The notes under the pieces were generated by a model. That model did no database searches, was not told where the DNA came from, and saw only the letters and a program-made list of their open reading frames with translations. Position numbers and translations under genes: made by a program. A stretch of 64,000 nucleotides of DNA, taken from NCBI GenBank assembly GCA_963737065.1, contig CAVTRC010000001.1:512001-576000 (forward strand). The letters run 5' to 3'. Positions 60,574 through 64,000 of the stretch are shown one piece after another (position 1 is the stretch's first letter; every line of letters begins with the position of its first letter). The DNA comes from Candidatus Eremiobacteria bacterium. GTDB taxonomy: Bacteria > Vulcanimicrobiota > Vulcanimicrobiia > Vulcanimicrobiales > Vulcanimicrobiaceae.

Positions 60574-61056
60574 CTATTGCAGGGTGAACGTTCCGCCGGG
60601 AATATTTTGGGGCGTGCAGTTGTTCGTTGCGTTGTTTATCGCGGTCTGCAGCTGCGTTCCCGGACTAAAATTCGCGTACAACGAGTTCACGAGTCCGACG
60701 GCTTCATACGTCGGATTGGGAATCGTCGTCGGCGCAGACCCCGCCGGCAGCTGGCTCGCCGGTATAGCGCTCAGCGCATTTGCCGTATACGAAGAATTGT
60801 TCGTGTTCGCCACGTTGTACAGGTAGAGGTTGAACTGAGTCGGGCTGCTCGGCAACGGCGAGCTCACCGCGACGACGATCTCGGAGATTGTCGCCGGCAC
60901 CTTCGTTGCGCCGGGCGCCGGATACACGAGCTGCGTCGTGACGTTTGGAATGCACGTCGGCCCGGGCGTCGGATTGGTGTTTGGCGTGCCGCCGTTACAA
61001 GCTGCCAGGCCGATCACGAGCAGAACGCCGGCAGGGAAGAGTGAGCGTCTCAACAT
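60574..61056 (-). CDS. Hypothetical lipoprotein
   Basis: GLAAC lipobox, LVYPAPGAT motif. Confidence 0.7.
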   Translation of the reverse strand: MLRRSLFPAGVLLVIGLAACNGGTPNTNPTPGPTCIPNVTTQLVYPAPGATKVPATISEIVVAVSSPLPSSPTQFNLYLYNVANTNNSSYTANALSAIPASQLPAGSAPTTIPNPTYEAVGLVNSLYANFSPGTQLQTAINNATNNCTPQNIPGGTFTLQ

Positions 61057-61102
61057 TCAATCATCCTAGCGCCGACTACTTGATATTCGGATGAGAATCG
61101 GC

Positions 61103-62542
61103 TTAAAGGATATACGCGGATAGGTCCGCGTTCTGCACGACGTCTTGCAACCGTTCGCGAACGTATGCACCGTCGATTGTTACGCTTCCGGTCTTAGGTG
61201 GCGCTTCATAACTGATTTCCTCGAGCAGACGCTCGAGCACGGTATGCAAACGGCGCGCGCCGATGTTTTCACTTTGTTCGTTGACTTGCATGGCGAACGT
61301 AGCGACCTGCGCGATCGCATCCTCGGTAAATTCAAGCGTTACGTCTTCCGTGCCGAGCAGCGCCTTGTATTGTTCGATCAGCGCGTTTTTCGGCTTGGTG
61401 AGAATCGTCTTGAAGTCTTCCGCGGTGAGCGAGTCGAGCTCAACGCGAATCGGGAAACGTCCCTGCAGTTCCGGAATCAAATCGGATGGTTTGCTGATAT
61501 GGAATGCGCCCGCCGCGATAAACAAGACGTGGTCGGTTTTGATCGGGCCGTGCTTTGTGTTGACGGTCGAACCTTCGACGATCGGTAGAATGTCGCGTTG
61601 CACGCCCTCACGAGAAACATCCGGCCCGCGTGCGCCTTCGCGTCCGGCAACTTTATCGATTTCATCGATGAAAATGATGCCGTCTTCGCCCGCGCGTCGC
61701 AACGCTTCGCGTTTGACCGCGTCCATATCGATCAGTTTCTGCGCTTCTTCCTGCGCGAAGATACGCCGCGCCTCGGCAACCGTCACACGCTTCTTGCTAC
61801 GCTTTTTCGGCATCAGTCCGCCAAGCATCTCGCCGAGATCTCCGCCGCCCATGCCGCCTTGATCCATGCCGCCGCCGATCACCCCGATCGGTAAACTGGG
61901 GGTCTCTTCAACGTCGATTTCGATCAAGCGGACGTCGTAGAAACCGCGCTCGATCTCGCTGCGCGTCTGCTCGCGAATGCGCTGCACTTCACTCTGCGGC
62001 GCGGACGGCGGTGCCGGAGGGGGCTGCGTCGGCTGAAAGTTGTTGCCGAAAATCGAGCCGAGCGTCGCTGCGAACGGATTATTCCCGCCTTGCGGCTGAC
62101 GCGGCGCGGTTTCGGGTTGCAACACGTCGATGATCCGCTCTACCGCTTGTTTTTCAGCGAGCTCGGCAACCTCGGACCGGCGCTCCTCCGTCAGCATGCG
62201 TACCGCGGCTTCAACCAAATCGCGCACCATCGATTCGACGTCGCGGCCCACGTAACCGACCTCGGTGTACTTTGTCGCTTCCACTTTCACGAACGGCGCG
62301 CCGACGAGCCCGGCGAGGCGCCGTGCGATTTCGGTCTTACCGACGCCGGTTGGTCCGATCATGAGGATGTTCTTCGGCGTGATTTCTTCGCGCAAATCTT
62401 CACCCACACGCGCGCGGCGGTAGCGGTTACGCAACGCGATCGCCACGGCGCGCTTCGCGTTGCCCTGACCGACAATGTATTTATCGAGTTCTTCGACGAT
62501 TTGCCGCGGCGTCAAGCTCGTCGTTTCGCTTACGGCCGTCAT
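61103..62542 (-). CDS. hslU: HslUV protease ATPase subunit
   Basis: [41 protein letters not shown]. Confidence 0.97.
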   Translation of the reverse strand: MTAVSETTSLTPRQIVEELDKYIVGQGNAKRAVAIALRNRYRRARVGEDLREEITPKNILMIGPTGVGKTEIARRLAGLVGAPFVKVEATKYTEVGYVGRDVESMVRDLVEAAVRMLTEERRSEVAELAEKQAVERIIDVLQPETAPRQPQGGNNPFAATLGSIFGNNFQPTQPPPAPPSAPQSEVQRIREQTRSEIERGFYDVRLIEIDVEETPSLPIGVIGGGMDQGGMGGGDLGEMLGGLMPKKRSKKRVTVAEARRIFAQEEAQKLIDMDAVKREALRRAGEDGIIFIDEIDKVAGREGARGPDVSREGVQRDILPIVEGSTVNTKHGPIKTDHVLFIAAGAFHISKPSDLIPELQGRFPIRVELDSLTAEDFKTILTKPKNALIEQYKALLGTEDVTLEFTEDAIAQVATFAMQVNEQSENIGARRLHTVLERLLEEISYEAPPKTGSVTIDGAYVRERLQDVVQNADLSAYIL

Positions 62543-63069
62543 TACAGAGTCTCCACCGTGATGTCGCTATTCGTGTAGATACAAATCTCCCCGGCGATCT
62601 CCAGCGCCTTTCGCGCAATCTCATGCGCGGGAAGATCGCTGTTCCGCACGAGCGCGGCGGCTGCCGCTTGAGCATACGGGCCGCCGCTACCAATTGCAGC
62701 GATGCCTTCATCGGGTTCGATGACGTCGCCCGTCCCGGACAGCACGAAAAGGTGCTCGGGCGTACCGACGATCAGGAGCGCTTCCAGGCGGCGCAGCGCG
62801 CGATCCTGACGCCAGTCCTTCGCAAGCTCCACCGCGGCGCGCGTCACGTCTTTGAACTCGTTGTACTTGTTCTCGAACTTCTCCAGCAACGTGATGCCGT
62901 CGGCAGCGGAGCCTGCGAAACCGGCTACGACTTTGCCTCCGGCAATCTTGCGGACTTTACGCGCACTGTGCTTGACGATCGTCTTGTCCAGAGTAACCTG
63001 ACCGTCGCCTGCAATCGCTAACGCGCCGTTGCGGCGGACGGCGACGATCGTCGTGGATCGAATTTTCAT
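62542..63069 (-). CDS. hslV: HslUV protease peptidase subunit
   Basis: [30 protein letters not shown]. Confidence 0.97.
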   Translation of the reverse strand: MKIRSTTIVAVRRNGALAIAGDGQVTLDKTIVKHSARKVRKIAGGKVVAGFAGSAADGITLLEKFENKYNEFKDVTRAAVELAKDWRQDRALRRLEALLIVGTPEHLFVLSGTGDVIEPDEGIAAIGSGGPYAQAAAAALVRNSDLPAHEIARKALEIAGEICIYTNSDITVETL

Positions 63070-63148
63070 ATCGTCACGCAGATACCCGAAAGTCGGTTCT
63101 CGAGTTTCAAGAAGGCTAGCTCGCTCGACCTCTCCAACAAAGCACGCG

Positions 63149-63865
63149 ATGAAGAAGCCGCTCGTTCTCTCTGCTCTCGCGTTTGTGCCGGTCGCCGCCG
63201 GTGCGCAAGCGGCTTCTCCAATCCGCGCCGTTCAACCGGGCTCATCCAACGGGCACGGGATCACCGTCAACGGCACGTCCGTGCTGCGCGTCGCCGCGTC
63301 GTCGGCCCGCATCATGCTCGATCTATCATCGATCGACAATAAAAGCACGCTGACGCAGGAAACGCTTCTGCCGCTCGTCGACGCGCTCGTGAAGGCCGGC
63401 GCGGCGCCGTCGTCGGTTCAAGTGCCGCTGTCGCTTTCGGCCGGCGGGTATTCCAACGTCGCAGCAGTAAGCGCGGTGGTGCAAAATCCATCGGTCGCAA
63501 GCATGCGCGCAGGAATTGCGATCGTTGGTGCGGTCGTCGGCTCGATGAAGGACGTTCGCTTGAATTCTGCGCGAGTCGAATTGCGCGATAGCAACTGCAC
63601 GCAGTCGCTCGCGAAGGCACGAGCGGATGCGATCGACGCCGCACGCGCGAAGGCAACGCTGATTGCAAAACAACTTGGCGTGTCGCTCGGCAGCGTCGTG
63701 AACGTCAATGCCTTCGATGCCGCGAACCCCGACGGTAGTTGCATGTCACAATATTACGTCGGACCGATGGGCGCGCAGTTCCCGCCCGGCAGCACTAACA
63801 ACGAGACCGACTACGTCACCGTGTCGGTCACGTCCAACGTGACGATTACCTACGGGATCAAATGA
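63149..63865 (+). CDS. SIMPL (DUF541) domain secreted protein
   Basis: Signal peptide, [27 protein letters not shown]. Confidence 0.8.
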   Translation: MKKPLVLSALAFVPVAAGAQAASPIRAVQPGSSNGHGITVNGTSVLRVAASSARIMLDLSSIDNKSTLTQETLLPLVDALVKAGAAPSSVQVPLSLSAGGYSNVAAVSAVVQNPSVASMRAGIAIVGAVVGSMKDVRLNSARVELRDSNCTQSLAKARADAIDAARAKATLIAKQLGVSLGSVVNVNAFDAANPDGSCMSQYYVGPMGAQFPPGSTNNETDYVTVSVTSNVTITYGIK

Positions 63866-64000
63866 TGATGAAACGCACGCTTCTGCCATTCATACTTGCA
63901 TGCGCGCTCCCGCGCGCCGCGATCGCGCAAGCGATCCACATCGAGACGAACAACAAGGCCGCTACGCCGGCGCGCGGGATCACGACCACGGAAAGCGCGA
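63862..64000 (+). CDS. Secreted protein, partial (possibly a second SIMPL protein)
   Basis: ATGA overlap. [23 protein letters not shown]...RGITT runs off the window. Confidence 0.45.
   Translation, partial: MMMKRTLLPFILACALPRAAIAQAIHIETNNKAATPARGITTTESA

Overview
A GC-rich bacterial chromosomal segment. The mix of a 1300-aa TonB-dependent receptor, a Gram-positive-type LexA box, an fhaA-fhaB-PP2C-rodA cluster, HslUV, sedolisin and HiPIPs suggests a diderm Terrabacterium such as Eremiobacterota/Vulcanimicrobiota (inference). Most of the window is housekeeping or metabolic: NDP-sugar synthase, gnd, S1 protein, pxpABC, ettA, a beta-oxidation trio, def-fmt-rsmB, hslVU, two VPS10-repeat hydrolases, a type III PKS with a methyltransferase, and periplasmic redox proteins. 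The strongest candidate for an undescribed system is at 957-1744. There a perfect SOS (LexA) box overlaps the promoter region of an apparently leaderless HNH endonuclease with two tandem ~42-aa N-terminal repeats. Its 3' end seems to carry the promoter of a tRNA-Gln/tRNA-Glu pair that starts 18 nt downstream. Other notable items: a decayed 1.5-kb island bounded by 63-bp direct repeats that duplicate the 5' end of a zinc-peptidase gene, a ~135-200-nt multi-branched structured non-coding element, the same 27-bp element in frame in two unrelated adjacent enzymes, a PP2C-fold protein lacking its catalytic aspartates, and a PxpA read-through fusion. Clusters of single-base frameshifts suggest assembly indel errors, so broken genes should be read cautiously.
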